A DNA stretch of 64,000 nucleotides from Planctomycetota bacterium. GTDB lineage: Bacteria; Planctomycetota; SZUA-567; H5-PLA8. Each line of letters starts with the position of its first letter. Position 1 is the stretch's first letter. Location of the stretch: NCBI GenBank assembly GCA_038227875.1, contig JBBRPR010000013.1, forward strand, positions 1-64,000, in the 5' to 3' direction. This document shows, piece after piece, positions 39,642-49,432 of this stretch. The position numbers were made by a program, and so were the translations under genes. The notes beneath the pieces are model-generated. The model was not told where the DNA came from. It saw only the letters and a list, made by a program, of their open reading frames with translations, and searched no databases.

Positions 39642-41570
39642 ATGACTCCTCATTCGCTCGCCGTTTCCGGTGCGGCTCTTCTCGACGAACAGCCGCGTCG
39701 CGTCCTCCCGCGACCGTCTGAGCGTATTCTGCGCTCCGGCGCATTTTTGAGTCACGCGCGTCCGCTGCGCCTCGCCGAGTTGCTCCGGCCGTTCCTACAA
39801 TCTAAGGAGCTCAGCCCCGAAGCGTGGGTGATGAGCGCCGCGACGGAACTGGCCGCGCGGTCCGCCCGTCCGGTTCCTGCTGCCTGGTTGGAGAAGCTGG
39901 CGACTGCACTGCAGGTTTCCCCCACGTCCCTGTCGCGTCCGGATTTTGAAGCGCTGCCGAAAGCGATCTGGAACGAACCGGCGTTGCTCGGTGGTTTTCT
40001 TTCGAACGCCCGCCACCGGGCGGAGTCTGAACGCGTGGGCCGCACGGGCCGCGTCAGCGAAGGCTCGGTGTACACGCCGTCGTCGGTTGCGCGAGCCATC
40101 ATTACGGAGCTAAAGGTAGGCAACCGCCGCGTGGTCGATCCGGCCTGCGGCGCGGGTGCGTTTTTGCTCGAAGCGTTTCAGCGCGGTTATCGCCGGCGGC
40201 TGGAAGGTGGCGAAACGGCGCGCAACGCAGCGCAAGCGGTCCTTTCCAATGAGCTGACCGGGATCGACATTGACGCCAAGGCGCTGGCTGTCGCGGAATT
40301 CTCGCTGCGCATGTCGGCGCTGCGCAGCGCGGCGCTCGACGCCACGGTGCCCATCGATTTACGCCACGCTGATGCGTTGAAGCCGTTGAACGGTCTCGAG
40401 AGCAGCTGCGAATGCGTCGTCGGCAATCCGCCGTTCGTGGAGGGACGCGGACTTTCGCCCGATGAGCTCGATGGCTTGCGCGAGCGATTTCACTGCGCGG
40501 CGTCGGGCAAGGTCAATCTCTTCGCGGTCTTCATCGAACGTTCGCTGGAATTGCTCAAAGACAACGGGGTGATGGCGCTGATTGTGCCGGCGACGTTCCA
40601 GCGCAACGCGCGCTATCAGCTCCTCCGCGAATTCCTGCTCAAGCACACCCTCGAATCGATCAAGCCGCTGGAGAAGGAACACTTCGACGGCCACGCCGTG
40701 GAGACGGTCATTCTGCGCGTGCGCAAGCGGCCGCCAGTCGTCTCGTCGCGCGTGAAACTCAGCGGCGGCGCGGTGCTTCAGTCGCATTTACCGCTCGGTC
40801 CGGTGTTGCGCTTCTGCGATCATCTACCGCGCGCGTTACGACGTCAGATCGAACTGATGGAACGCCACGGCGCGCCGCTGGGCGATACGTTTGAAGTCCG
40901 CGACGGCATCTCCACCGGCTTCCAGCCCTTTCCGCAGAAGCTGCTGGGGCGCGTCGACGGCGGAAAATTCCTTGCCGCCGACGGCAGTGCTCACGCCTTT
41001 GACCCACAGATTCACCGCAAGGTCATCGACGGCTGCGAATTCAATGCGTTCATGCCGGTCGAATGGCAGGGCCGTTACATTGCATACAACAAGGCTCACG
41101 AACACACCCCGCCCCACCCCGGCCGCCCCTTTAACTGCCAACTGCGCGACGCGGCGCTCTACGACCGCGGGGAGAAGATTCTGACCCGCCAGACCGCGCG
41201 CGGATTGCTGGCGACCGTCGATCGCGAGCGGTATTTCGTGCGCAATTCCGTGCACGTGACCTTTCAGAAACCGGAGCACGCCGGGCTGTCGCTCGATGCG
41301 CTCTGCGCGTGCATGAATTCCAAATTCTACACCGACTACTTCCTCGCGGTGACCGGCGAGAATGGCGACGTTTTCCCGCAGGTCCACATCGCGGACATCA
41401 AGCGCCTGCCGATCCTCCCCGGCCTGCTGCGTGCCGATGCGCCGCTCGCGAACTTCGGGGCGGAGCTGCTCGAACTCCACAAAGCTCCAAACTACAATGC
41501 AGCGCGCATTGTTGACGTTAAGGCTTTGATCGAAAACGAATTGGCCGCTGCGTTCGGCATTCACGGTTGA
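39642..41570 (+). CDS. N6-adenine DNA methyltransferase (gamma type, TaqI/Eco57I-like with C-terminal TRD), orphan
   Basis: GSVYTP, VVDPACGAGAFL, GIDID, VVGNPPF; TRD-like KILTRQT...MNS...FPQV..DIKRLPI. Start uncertain. Confidence 0.88.
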   Translation: MTPHSLAVSGAALLDEQPRRVLPRPSERILRSGAFLSHARPLRLAELLRPFLQSKELSPEAWVMSAATELAARSARPVPAAWLEKLATALQVSPTSLSRPDFEALPKAIWNEPALLGGFLSNARHRAESERVGRTGRVSEGSVYTPSSVARAIITELKVGNRRVVDPACGAGAFLLEAFQRGYRRRLEGGETARNAAQAVLSNELTGIDIDAKALAVAEFSLRMSALRSAALDATVPIDLRHADALKPLNGLESSCECVVGNPPFVEGRGLSPDELDGLRERFHCAASGKVNLFAVFIERSLELLKDNGVMALIVPATFQRNARYQLLREFLLKHTLESIKPLEKEHFDGHAVETVILRVRKRPPVVSSRVKLSGGAVLQSHLPLGPVLRFCDHLPRALRRQIELMERHGAPLGDTFEVRDGISTGFQPFPQKLLGRVDGGKFLAADGSAHAFDPQIHRKVIDGCEFNAFMPVEWQGRYIAYNKAHEHTPPHPGRPFNCQLRDAALYDRGEKILTRQTARGLLATVDRERYFVRNSVHVTFQKPEHAGLSLDALCACMNSKFYTDYFLAVTGENGDVFPQVHIADIKRLPILPGLLRADAPLANFGAELLELHKAPNYNAARIVDVKALIENELAAAFGIHG

Positions 41571-41728
41571 AAAATTTCCACGCGTGCACCTGCATGGGGA
41601 CCCTAGTGACAGCTGTCACCAGTGTCTATTAGTCACTATTTCAATTTTTCAACGCAAGGTTATTCCACGCATCCCGTAAGCCCTTCAGAGCACGTCGGGT
41701 AGTCAAAATTATTCGAGGAGCGGTTGCG

Positions 41729-44700
41729 ATGATCAAAAACATCGGCGGTGGTCTATTGTCTTCACGCATTCCGTTGGCAGTACTTTGCGCAACGCTGCTG
41801 GGCGCTGGAACCGTCCGCGCCGAGGCTGATTACGAGTACGCAAAATCGCTGCTCGAGCGCGAAGACCCGACATTTCGCACCGTCGATCTCGTGAAGCATC
41901 TCATCGCGCAGCTCGAAGCCGATCCGAGAACCGTTAGCGAAGCCAATCTGATTCACGCCCTGCTCGACCGCCACGAAGCCCGCACGGCGACCGTCGGCAC
42001 GCGCGCAAAGTTCCTCGCCGACGCCGAAAAACAGTACGCGAAAATCCTGACCGGCCCGAAGACCTTCGCGCACTACGCCCTAGCCGAACGCGAAGCTGGG
42101 ACGCTGGATTACGAATGCGCCCGCGCTCTAAAGAAGAGCGCCACCGAAGAGCCCGCCAACGCCGCACAGTATCAACGCGAGGCGGCCGCGCTGTTCGCGA
42201 AGATCGCGGAGAAGTACAAGGCCGCCGCGGACAAGGCGTATCCACCGTTCGACAGAGCGTGCCTCGAGATCGATGCCTGGATTCAGAAGAACGATCCGGA
42301 CATGGAAGGCAAAGCGGTTCCGCCCGCGCTTCTCGCCGCTGCGGAGAAGACGTTCGAAACGTGGCTGGATCCCGATCAGCGCTACGTCGTCACGCTGCTG
42401 GATCAGCTCGACTGCATTCCGGAATCCGATGCCGCGCGCAGCACCTTCGCCGCGGACATCGTGAAGATCTGCGAGGCGCGCAGTAACAACGACCACCTGT
42501 TCAAGCAGGAAACCACCGTCGCGTGGTACGAGATGATGGCCGGCAAGACCTTCGCGCTGCAAGGCAATTCCGCAGAGGCTGAGACGCACTGGACGGAGGC
42601 CTGGCGAGCGCCGGCGTTGCAGAAAGCGATCACGCGCGAACGCATTCGCCTCAGTATGAAGCTGAAGAAGTACGCCGATGTCATCCGCCGCGTCGAAGAG
42701 CTCGACGGCGAGCTCTCGCAGATGCTCAGCGACGACGCGGGCAAGGAAATTCTGGAGACGTACACCCGCGCGCTAACGCTGGTGCCAGATGCTACGGCCG
42801 ACGACTATCAGCGCTCGATTCGCGTACTGCAGACGCTGATCGATCACGAGAGCGCCGGCGGTGCGGTCTCGCCATGGAGCAACCAATTCAGTGCCGCGAT
42901 GTCCGAAGTCGTCACGGCCGCGCGGCAAAAGATGATGCTGCCTGCGTTGCGCCCTGCCGAATGGTTCAGCGCGGCCACAGGATATGAACTCCACGCCGAC
43001 TACGAACACGCGCGCTACACAGAAGGCTTGCGCATTACGGATTTGCAGCGCACGGAACGCGATCAACCCCGTGCGCATCTGGCCATTTCCGTCGCCGAAT
43101 ACGAAAAGGCAGCGGAGTGCTTCCGCCACGCGATCACCGCCGCGCATTCCGCGCCGCCCGCGATGCGGTTAAGCGTCGAACCAAAAGCGTGGCTGCAATT
43201 AGGACGCTGTTATCTGCGCACCGAGGACTACGGCGAAGCGCTGGTCGCCTACCGCGCGTTCAAATCGCTTTACGCGCCCAAGAATCGCACGTGGCTGCCG
43301 GACCCGGCGAAATCGGAATCGCGCGCGTTCTATACGCGACAGGTCAACGCCAGCATCGCGGACCTCGGACCCATGCTCGAGAAGAGCGAAGCCGCCGCAA
43401 AATATGCGCTCAACGAAGCGGTCCGGCGCAGGATTTTACCGCGAGCAATAATTGACGAGGTCGGCAGCCCGAGCGCCGACCGCGATTTTCAGCGCGCTCG
43501 TGCGGAAGCGAAAGTCGCCATCGATTGCCTGGAGACCGCGCGCAAGCAATTGAGTTCCGCGCCCGCCGACGCCGCAGCCAATTTCGCGCAGGCGGCGGAA
43601 GCGTATGACAAAGCGGCGGAGTCCTTCGCGAAAGTGAAGCCGGCGAGTCCGGACTACGAAACCGCGCTGCTCAGCGTTGCCCGCGCCTATGCCGCGGAAC
43701 AGAATCTGTTTGCGACGGAGCGTTTGAAGGATCTGAAGCCTGAAGACCAGAAGAAGCGCGCGCACGACTATGCGCAGAAGGCGCTCGACGCATTCCAGCG
43801 CTACGACGATTACATCGCGCAGACGGCGGCGGCGACGGACTCCATCACCAGCGAGCGCGAAAAACAGCGCGGCTCCTTGCTGTTGACCCGTTCGTCGCTC
43901 TGCTGTGCGGTCGGAGCGTACGCACCGGCGTTGCGGCACGTTGAAGCGTATCTGACGTGGCAGCGGGCCAATCCCGCGTCGCAAGATGGGATGGACGCGG
44001 CGCTCTTCAACAAGTTTCGCGCGTTGATCGAACTCGCTGCGGGCCCAGCCGGTCCGGAGCAGGAAAAGTTATTCAGCGACGCGACCGACACCATGGCCGC
44101 CTGGCACGCGCGCAAACCGGCCGACACCGCGACATATGGCTACATGCTCACGCGGTTGGAACAGCGGCTGGAAGCCATCGCGGCGGAAGCCGCGACCGCC
44201 AAGAATGCCGATGCCGTCGCCAGCTGCTACGCGAAAATCGCGGAATTCGAGGAACAGCGTTTCGCGCTCTACAAAGCCGGCGAGCCAACGCTCAAGGATT
44301 TCAGCTACCTGCTTTACGCGCTGAAGCGTGCCAATCAGACCGCGAAGGCCATTGATGCGGGCAAGAAGCTGCTCGACACGTTCGACCCGAAGGGTACCGG
44401 CGTGCACATCGCCGACGAGCCCGCGCCATGGCAGCAACTCCTGACGCGCATGATTGGCGACGCCAACGCCGGCGTGAAGGGCATGATTCGCTTCAACGAT
44501 CTGAACAAATGGGATCGCTGCAAGCAGGATCACACGCTGCTGATCGACTACATGTACGACTCGCCCAACGCCGCGCAGTATCCCAACGGCGACGCGCACC
44601 GCCCGGCGGCCGATCGCTTCAACATGGACATGGAAAAAGCGCTCGCGCAGGCGCAGACGATTCGCCGCAATTATCCCGACTGCGCAACGCTCAAGCCGGA

Positions 44701-45199
44701 ACTCGGCGACAACGGCAAATCGCTGCTGACGATCATCGAAGAGGAGATCGATTACCGCCGCAAAATCGCCGCGACGCGCGTGCTGGTGATCGAACTGGCG
44801 ACAAAGCAGTGCGAGGAGCTCGATCGAGCCGGCAAGTCAGACGAGGCCAAGGCCTACCGCTCACTCGCCAGCGACCTGCTGCAGAAGGAGATCGACGCCG
44901 GCCACGACACGGACGAGATTCGCCTCAAGAAAGCCGGCCTGGATGCGATCCTCGAGAAGTACGAAGAGGCGCTGACGCTGCTGAACGCGCTGCGTAATGA
45001 ATCGCCCACGGATTCGACAATGTACTTCGACGCGTCGAAACTGCGCTCCACCATCTACGCCAAGCAGCAGAAGTGGCGCGACGCGATCGAATACCCGGCG
45101 TTCCTCGAACAGATCGTCGGGTACGACGGCAAGATGGTCACAGAACGCTGGCCGGAAATGAAGGCGTTTTTGAAGGAGTGCCGCGATCACATCAAATGA
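41729..45199 (+). CDS. Large exported alpha-helical/TPR-like protein
   Basis: Signal peptide ending VRA; TPR-like segments such as AWLQLGRCYLRTEDYGEALVAY. GAGGAG RBS. Confidence 0.75.
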   Translation: MIKNIGGGLLSSRIPLAVLCATLLGAGTVRAEADYEYAKSLLEREDPTFRTVDLVKHLIAQLEADPRTVSEANLIHALLDRHEARTATVGTRAKFLADAEKQYAKILTGPKTFAHYALAEREAGTLDYECARALKKSATEEPANAAQYQREAAALFAKIAEKYKAAADKAYPPFDRACLEIDAWIQKNDPDMEGKAVPPALLAAAEKTFETWLDPDQRYVVTLLDQLDCIPESDAARSTFAADIVKICEARSNNDHLFKQETTVAWYEMMAGKTFALQGNSAEAETHWTEAWRAPALQKAITRERIRLSMKLKKYADVIRRVEELDGELSQMLSDDAGKEILETYTRALTLVPDATADDYQRSIRVLQTLIDHESAGGAVSPWSNQFSAAMSEVVTAARQKMMLPALRPAEWFSAATGYELHADYEHARYTEGLRITDLQRTERDQPRAHLAISVAEYEKAAECFRHAITAAHSAPPAMRLSVEPKAWLQLGRCYLRTEDYGEALVAYRAFKSLYAPKNRTWLPDPAKSESRAFYTRQVNASIADLGPMLEKSEAAAKYALNEAVRRRILPRAIIDEVGSPSADRDFQRARAEAKVAIDCLETARKQLSSAPADAAANFAQAAEAYDKAAESFAKVKPASPDYETALLSVARAYAAEQNLFATERLKDLKPEDQKKRAHDYAQKALDAFQRYDDYIAQTAAATDSITSEREKQRGSLLLTRSSLCCAVGAYAPALRHVEAYLTWQRANPASQDGMDAALFNKFRALIELAAGPAGPEQEKLFSDATDTMAAWHARKPADTATYGYMLTRLEQRLEAIAAEAATAKNADAVASCYAKIAEFEEQRFALYKAGEPTLKDFSYLLYALKRANQTAKAIDAGKKLLDTFDPKGTGVHIADEPAPWQQLLTRMIGDANAGVKGMIRFNDLNKWDRCKQDHTLLIDYMYDSPNAAQYPNGDAHRPAADRFNMDMEKALAQAQTIRRNYPDCATLKPELGDNGKSLLTIIEEEIDYRRKIAATRVLVIELATKQCEELDRAGKSDEAKAYRSLASDLLQKEIDAGHDTDEIRLKKAGLDAILEKYEEALTLLNALRNESPTDSTMYFDASKLRSTIYAKQQKWRDAIEYPAFLEQIVGYDGKMVTERWPEMKAFLKECRDHIK

Positions 45200-45206
45200 C
45201 GTCGCG

Positions 45207-46157
45207 TTACAAGCCGTGGTGGACGAGGTAGCGTTCGACTTCCAGCGCGGCTTTGCAACCCATGCCGGCGGCGGTGATGGCCTGGCGGTAACGGCGGTCG
45301 TGACAATCGCCGGCAGCGTAAACACCAGCCACGTTCGATTCCTGCCGGTCGTTTACTTTGATGTAGCCGTCGGCGTCGAGTTCCACCTGGTCGCGCAGCA
45401 GGGTCGTCGTCGGAATGTGGCCGATGGCGACGAAGACTCCGGCGATCGGCATTTCTTTGGTCGCGCCGGTCTGAATGTGTTTCAAGCGCACCCCGGTGAC
45501 GATTTTCTTTTTTTCGTCGCCTAAGATTTCATCGACGACCTGGTTGAGCTCCCACTTGATCACGGGATTGGCGTGCGCGCGGTCGATCATCACTTTCGAC
45601 GCGCGAAATTCTTCGCGGCGGTGGATCACGGTGACCGACGAACACATCTTGGCGAGGTACGTGGCCTCTTCCATCGCGCTGTCGCCGCCGCCGACAACCA
45701 CCACGGGCATCTTGCGATAGAAACTGCCGTCGCAGACCGCGCACGTCGTCACACCGCTGCCCTTCGGCGGTGAATACTGCTCTTCGCCCTTCACGCCCAG
45801 CCAGCGCGGCGCGGCTCCGGTCGCATAGATCAGCGTGTGCGCGCGGACTATCTTCCCGCCGCCGTAGGTCACGGTGACCGGCTGCGATTTGGTATCGATG
45901 TGTTCGACGGCCTCGAAGACCAGCTTGGCGCCGCAGTGCTTGGCCTGCGCCATCATGTCTTCCATCAATTGCGGTCCCATCACGCCAGCCTTGAAGCCCG
46001 GGTAGTTTTCGACTTCGCTGGTCTTGGTCAGCTGCCCGCCGGGCGTCGCTCCGGCCAGCAGCAGCGGATTCAAATTCGCGCGCGCGGCGTAGATCGCGGC
46101 GGTCAATCCCGCGGGTCCGGAACCGACGATCACGGTTTTCAGAATTTCATCGGCCAT
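45207..46157 (-). CDS. trxB: Thioredoxin reductase
   Basis: GSGPAGLTAAIY, GGQL, CAVCDG, GGGDSA, YRQAITAAG. Confidence 0.96.
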   Translation of the reverse strand: MADEILKTVIVGSGPAGLTAAIYAARANLNPLLLAGATPGGQLTKTSEVENYPGFKAGVMGPQLMEDMMAQAKHCGAKLVFEAVEHIDTKSQPVTVTYGGGKIVRAHTLIYATGAAPRWLGVKGEEQYSPPKGSGVTTCAVCDGSFYRKMPVVVVGGGDSAMEEATYLAKMCSSVTVIHRREEFRASKVMIDRAHANPVIKWELNQVVDEILGDEKKKIVTGVRLKHIQTGATKEMPIAGVFVAIGHIPTTTLLRDQVELDADGYIKVNDRQESNVAGVYAAGDCHDRRYRQAITAAGMGCKAALEVERYLVHHGL

Positions 46158-46162
46158 GGCAT

Positions 46163-46972
46163 TTACTCCATTTCAAGGATCAGTCCGTCGTACGCGAGCC
46201 GCGTTTCCGGCGGCAGCTTTGCTTCGAACGAGCGGTGTTCGATTTCGTGAGCAATGTGGCCGAAGAACGTGCGTCGCGGTTCGATCCGGCGGATCGCGGC
46301 CTGCGCCTCTTCAAAATTCATGTGGGTGGGATGCGACTTTTCGCGCAGCATATCCAGCACCAGCGTATCCGCCCCTTTAAGTGCGGCATACGCGGGTTCG
46401 GGGATGATCTTGACGTCCAGACAGTACGCCAGCGCCCGGCTGCCGCGCGAGCGGATGATCAGGCCCAACGATTTGATGATGGTATGGTCGAGTTCCAGCG
46501 GCAGGAACTCCAGCGCGCCGATCTGAAACGGAGTGCCATACGTAATTTCGCGTCCTTTCAGGCACGGCAGTCCGAAGCGCAGCGCATCCTGTTCGACCAG
46601 CACGTAGTCGAAGCTGTGCTTGATCTGCTTCAACGTCGCCGCGGTCGCGTAACAATCGATCACTCGGTTCTGCAGCGTGTTGAAGCGGCGCACGTCGTCG
46701 ATGCCGACCACGTGATCGGCGTGGTAATGCGTGATCAGCACCGCGTCGATGTGCTTCACGTTGGAGCGCAGCATCTGCGTGCGGAAATCGGGCGTGGTGT
46801 CGATGACGACGGTCGTGTCGTTGCGGCCGCTCTCGTCGTAACTGCGCACCAGGATGGAGGAGCGCAGACGTTTGTTCAGCGGATCGGTCGAGAGGCAGAC
46901 GGCGCAATCGCAGCCGATGGTGGGCACTCCCACGGACGTACCGCTGCCGAGAATTTCGACGCTGAATTTCAT
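46163..46972 (-). CDS. PhnP-like metallo-beta-lactamase-fold hydrolase
   Basis: LGSGTSVGVP..GCDCAVC, THYHADH. ATGA overlap with the pyrK stop. Confidence 0.9.
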   Translation of the reverse strand: MKFSVEILGSGTSVGVPTIGCDCAVCLSTDPLNKRLRSSILVRSYDESGRNDTTVVIDTTPDFRTQMLRSNVKHIDAVLITHYHADHVVGIDDVRRFNTLQNRVIDCYATAATLKQIKHSFDYVLVEQDALRFGLPCLKGREITYGTPFQIGALEFLPLELDHTIIKSLGLIIRSRGSRALAYCLDVKIIPEPAYAALKGADTLVLDMLREKSHPTHMNFEEAQAAIRRIEPRRTFFGHIAHEIEHRSFEAKLPPETRLAYDGLILEME

Positions 46973-47826
46973 CGCCATCCAGCCAGCTCCGCGGTGTCGA
47001 AGACCGGGCCATCCTGACAGACGGTGCGACGCATCAGGCCTGTTTTCGGATGCGGCGTCACGCCGTCGACGACACACGCGCGGCAAACGCCGACACCGCA
47101 ACCCATGCGTGCTTCCAGCGAGACGCGCACGGGCAGATTCAGTTTCGTGCCGATTCGCGCGGCGGCTTCCATCATCGGTTCCGGACCAGCGGCGTAGAGG
47201 CCCACGCGCTTTCCTTTGAGCTCCCCGGCCAGCAGCGCTTCCACGGCTTGAACGGCGTTGCCGCGGAAACCGGCGGAGCCATCATCGGTTGCGCGGTGGA
47301 GCGTGCCCGGGGCGCGGATCAACTCTTCGCGGACCAGTTGGTCGGCGTTGCGCGCGGCGAGGATCAGATGCCAAGACCCGCTCGTGGCGGCCTTGCGAAA
47401 AAAGAAGACCAGCGGCGCGACACCACTGCCGCCGCCGAGCGCCACGTGGACATCGACGTTCGGGATCGGTTCGAATCCCCGGCCGAGTGGACCGATGATG
47501 CGCAGACTTTTCGGAAGTGACGAAAGTATGGATGCTTCGGCGGTGGCGCGGAGGACTTCGGTGCCGAATCCGGCCACGAAGTAGAGCAATTCGATCTCGT
47601 CGCCGCGCGCATCGAGAATCGCCAGGGGGCGTGGGAGCAGCGGTTCGGAGCGTCCGCCGATGTCCGGCGCGCAGGCGATCATCACGAACTGGCCGGGCTG
47701 CACGCGGCGCGCGATCTCCGGGCAGCGCAGCCGCAGCAGGTAATACCGCGATGACGCCGGTTCCTGATGCGTCACGGTGGCCGTGGTCTGGACGAAGGTT
47801 TCTCTGGAGCAGGCGTGATCTGTCAT
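46969..47826 (-). CDS. pyrK: Dihydroorotate dehydrogenase electron transfer subunit
   Basis: PGQFVM, GPLGRGF, GGGSGVAP, TDDGS, SLEARMGCGVGVCRAC...VCQDGPVF. Confidence 0.88.
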   Translation of the reverse strand: MTDHACSRETFVQTTATVTHQEPASSRYYLLRLRCPEIARRVQPGQFVMIACAPDIGGRSEPLLPRPLAILDARGDEIELLYFVAGFGTEVLRATAEASILSSLPKSLRIIGPLGRGFEPIPNVDVHVALGGGSGVAPLVFFFRKAATSGSWHLILAARNADQLVREELIRAPGTLHRATDDGSAGFRGNAVQAVEALLAGELKGKRVGLYAAGPEPMMEAAARIGTKLNLPVRVSLEARMGCGVGVCRACVVDGVTPHPKTGLMRRTVCQDGPVFDTAELAGWR

Positions 47827-47871
47827 GCTGAGCCAATACTATGAGCAAGCGTTTTGCCGCGAAAGTGAAAG

Positions 47872-48261
47872 CTATCGTTCGCGGTAGGTCGCCGAGCAGC
47901 CGGGAGATTCGAAGACCTGGACGCTGCTCATCTTGACGACCGGCGGCAGACGCTTGCCGATGCGCTGGTAGAGCACCATGGCGATGTTCTCGGCGCTGGG
48001 CGAGATGTTTCCGCCAGTTGCTTTGAATTCTTCAACGTTCTCGTTGAGGAATCCGTAGTGCAGGCGGCCAACCTCTTCTTCGATCACGGGCTTCAGATCG
48101 AGAAAATCGATCGCCATCCCGGCGCGGTCCACGCGTTCGCCGGTCACGGTGACGATCACGCGAAAGTTGTGGCCGTGAGTGGGCTCAGTCGTGCCTTTGT
48201 ATTCACGCAGCGCGTGCGCGGCGCAAAAGTGGGTTTCGATGCTGACGTCAAAGTAGGGCAT
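47872..48261 (-). CDS. 6-pyruvoyl-tetrahydropterin synthase family protein (QueD fold) with ExxHGH motif, PTPS-III-like
   Basis: FCAAH, EPTHGHNF, IDF, PSAENIA, VFES. Lacks the CxxxHGH cysteine. Confidence 0.85.
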   Translation of the reverse strand: MPYFDVSIETHFCAAHALREYKGTTEPTHGHNFRVIVTVTGERVDRAGMAIDFLDLKPVIEEEVGRLHYGFLNENVEEFKATGGNISPSAENIAMVLYQRIGKRLPPVVKMSSVQVFESPGCSATYRER

Positions 48262-48353
48262 GGGAACTCCGGAATGGCCAAGGTCGAAGGACGAATGTCG
48301 AAAAAGGAGTCTAGCGAAGGCATCGCTCGCCGCTAATCCAATATGAGCCAGTG

Positions 48354-48379
48354 ACCCTATGGACTACAGTCCATAGGGT
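48354..48379. repeat. REP-like palindrome
   Basis: ACCCTATGGACT-AC-AGTCCATAGGGT. Confidence 0.85.
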
Positions 48380-48554
48380 TGTCGGGGCGTTTTCGTTACG
48401 AATCCCGAATCCCCATTCCCAAATCCCGCAATTTCGAGTCAGTTTCGAATAATACAACACTTTGATCACCCCATCCATTTACCTCTTTCAGGCTTCAGGA
48501 TAGAGTCCTTCCTGTGTGACGAGCACAGTTCTCAACTCAAACGAAGGAGTAACA

Positions 48555-49340
48555 ATGAAAGCCCTGACGACCGAGCAGTGCGAATTTTACAAGGAAAACG
48601 GGTACCTGATCATTGAAGACTTCCTCAAGAAGCCCGAGATCGACGGGTTGCTCAACGCACTGGACCGCGTCGTCGAAGAGAAAGCGCGGGATCTTTCCAA
48701 GGACAAGGGCGACTTCAATCTCGAGAAAACCAGCGGCGGCTTCAGCGGCGATGTGGTCGCGCCGGGTCTACTGCGCAAGATTCAGAGCATCGTGGATTAC
48801 TCACCAGAGTTCGCCGGACTGTGCGAAAGCGACAAGATGCTCAACGCCGTCGAAGATCTGATCGGCTCGACCATCTACTACCATTCATCCAAGCTGATGT
48901 TCAAGCCCGCCAAACACGGCGGCATCAAGCCCTGGCACCAGGACTACGCCTACTGGGCCAGCACCAAGCCCGAGCAGATCACCTGCTGGCTGGCGCTGGA
49001 CGACGCGACGCCGGAGAACGGCTGCATGCAGCTGGTTCCCGGTTCGCACAAGTACGGACTGGTCAAGCACGGCCAGGAAGAATTGCAGATCGATCTGAAG
49101 AACGTGCCGACCGAGAAGATTAAGGTCGCGCCAATGAAAGCCGGCTCAATCCTGCTCTTCCATGTGTTGACGCTGCATCATTCCGGCCCGAATCGTTCCG
49201 ACAAGAGCCGCCGCGCGTTCATCGTCGATTACGATCCGAATAAGCGCCCGGAGAACAGCAAGGATCTGGCGGGGGATCGCCTGTTGCGCCTGAACGGCGT
49301 GCGCGCGGGTTCGGTGATTCCGCAGGCGGTGAATGCTTAA
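48555..49340 (+). CDS. Phytanoyl-CoA dioxygenase (PhyH) family Fe/2OG dioxygenase
   Basis: WHQD, WLALDDATPENGCM..VPGSH, HHSGPNRS..SRR. AAGGAG RBS before ATG 48555. Confidence 0.92.
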   Translation: MKALTTEQCEFYKENGYLIIEDFLKKPEIDGLLNALDRVVEEKARDLSKDKGDFNLEKTSGGFSGDVVAPGLLRKIQSIVDYSPEFAGLCESDKMLNAVEDLIGSTIYYHSSKLMFKPAKHGGIKPWHQDYAYWASTKPEQITCWLALDDATPENGCMQLVPGSHKYGLVKHGQEELQIDLKNVPTEKIKVAPMKAGSILLFHVLTLHHSGPNRSDKSRRAFIVDYDPNKRPENSKDLAGDRLLRLNGVRAGSVIPQAVNA

Positions 49341-49377
49341 CGGACGGGATTCGGGATTAGGGATTCGGCAATCGAAA

Positions 49378-49407
49378 AGAAACGCCCCGCTTATGCGGGG
49401 CGTTTCT
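49378..49407. terminator. Probable bidirectional intrinsic terminator
   Basis: AGAAACGCCCCGC-TTAT-GCGGGGCGTTTCT between convergent genes, flanked by GGGATTC/GAATCCC heptamers. Confidence 0.8.
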
Positions 49408-49432
49408 GTTTCGAATCCCGAATGCCGGCCGA

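Noticed and set aside
48262..48400. preQ1 riboswitch upstream of the QueD-fold gene
   Set aside because: No recognisable aptamer, and the protein looks PTPS-III-like.
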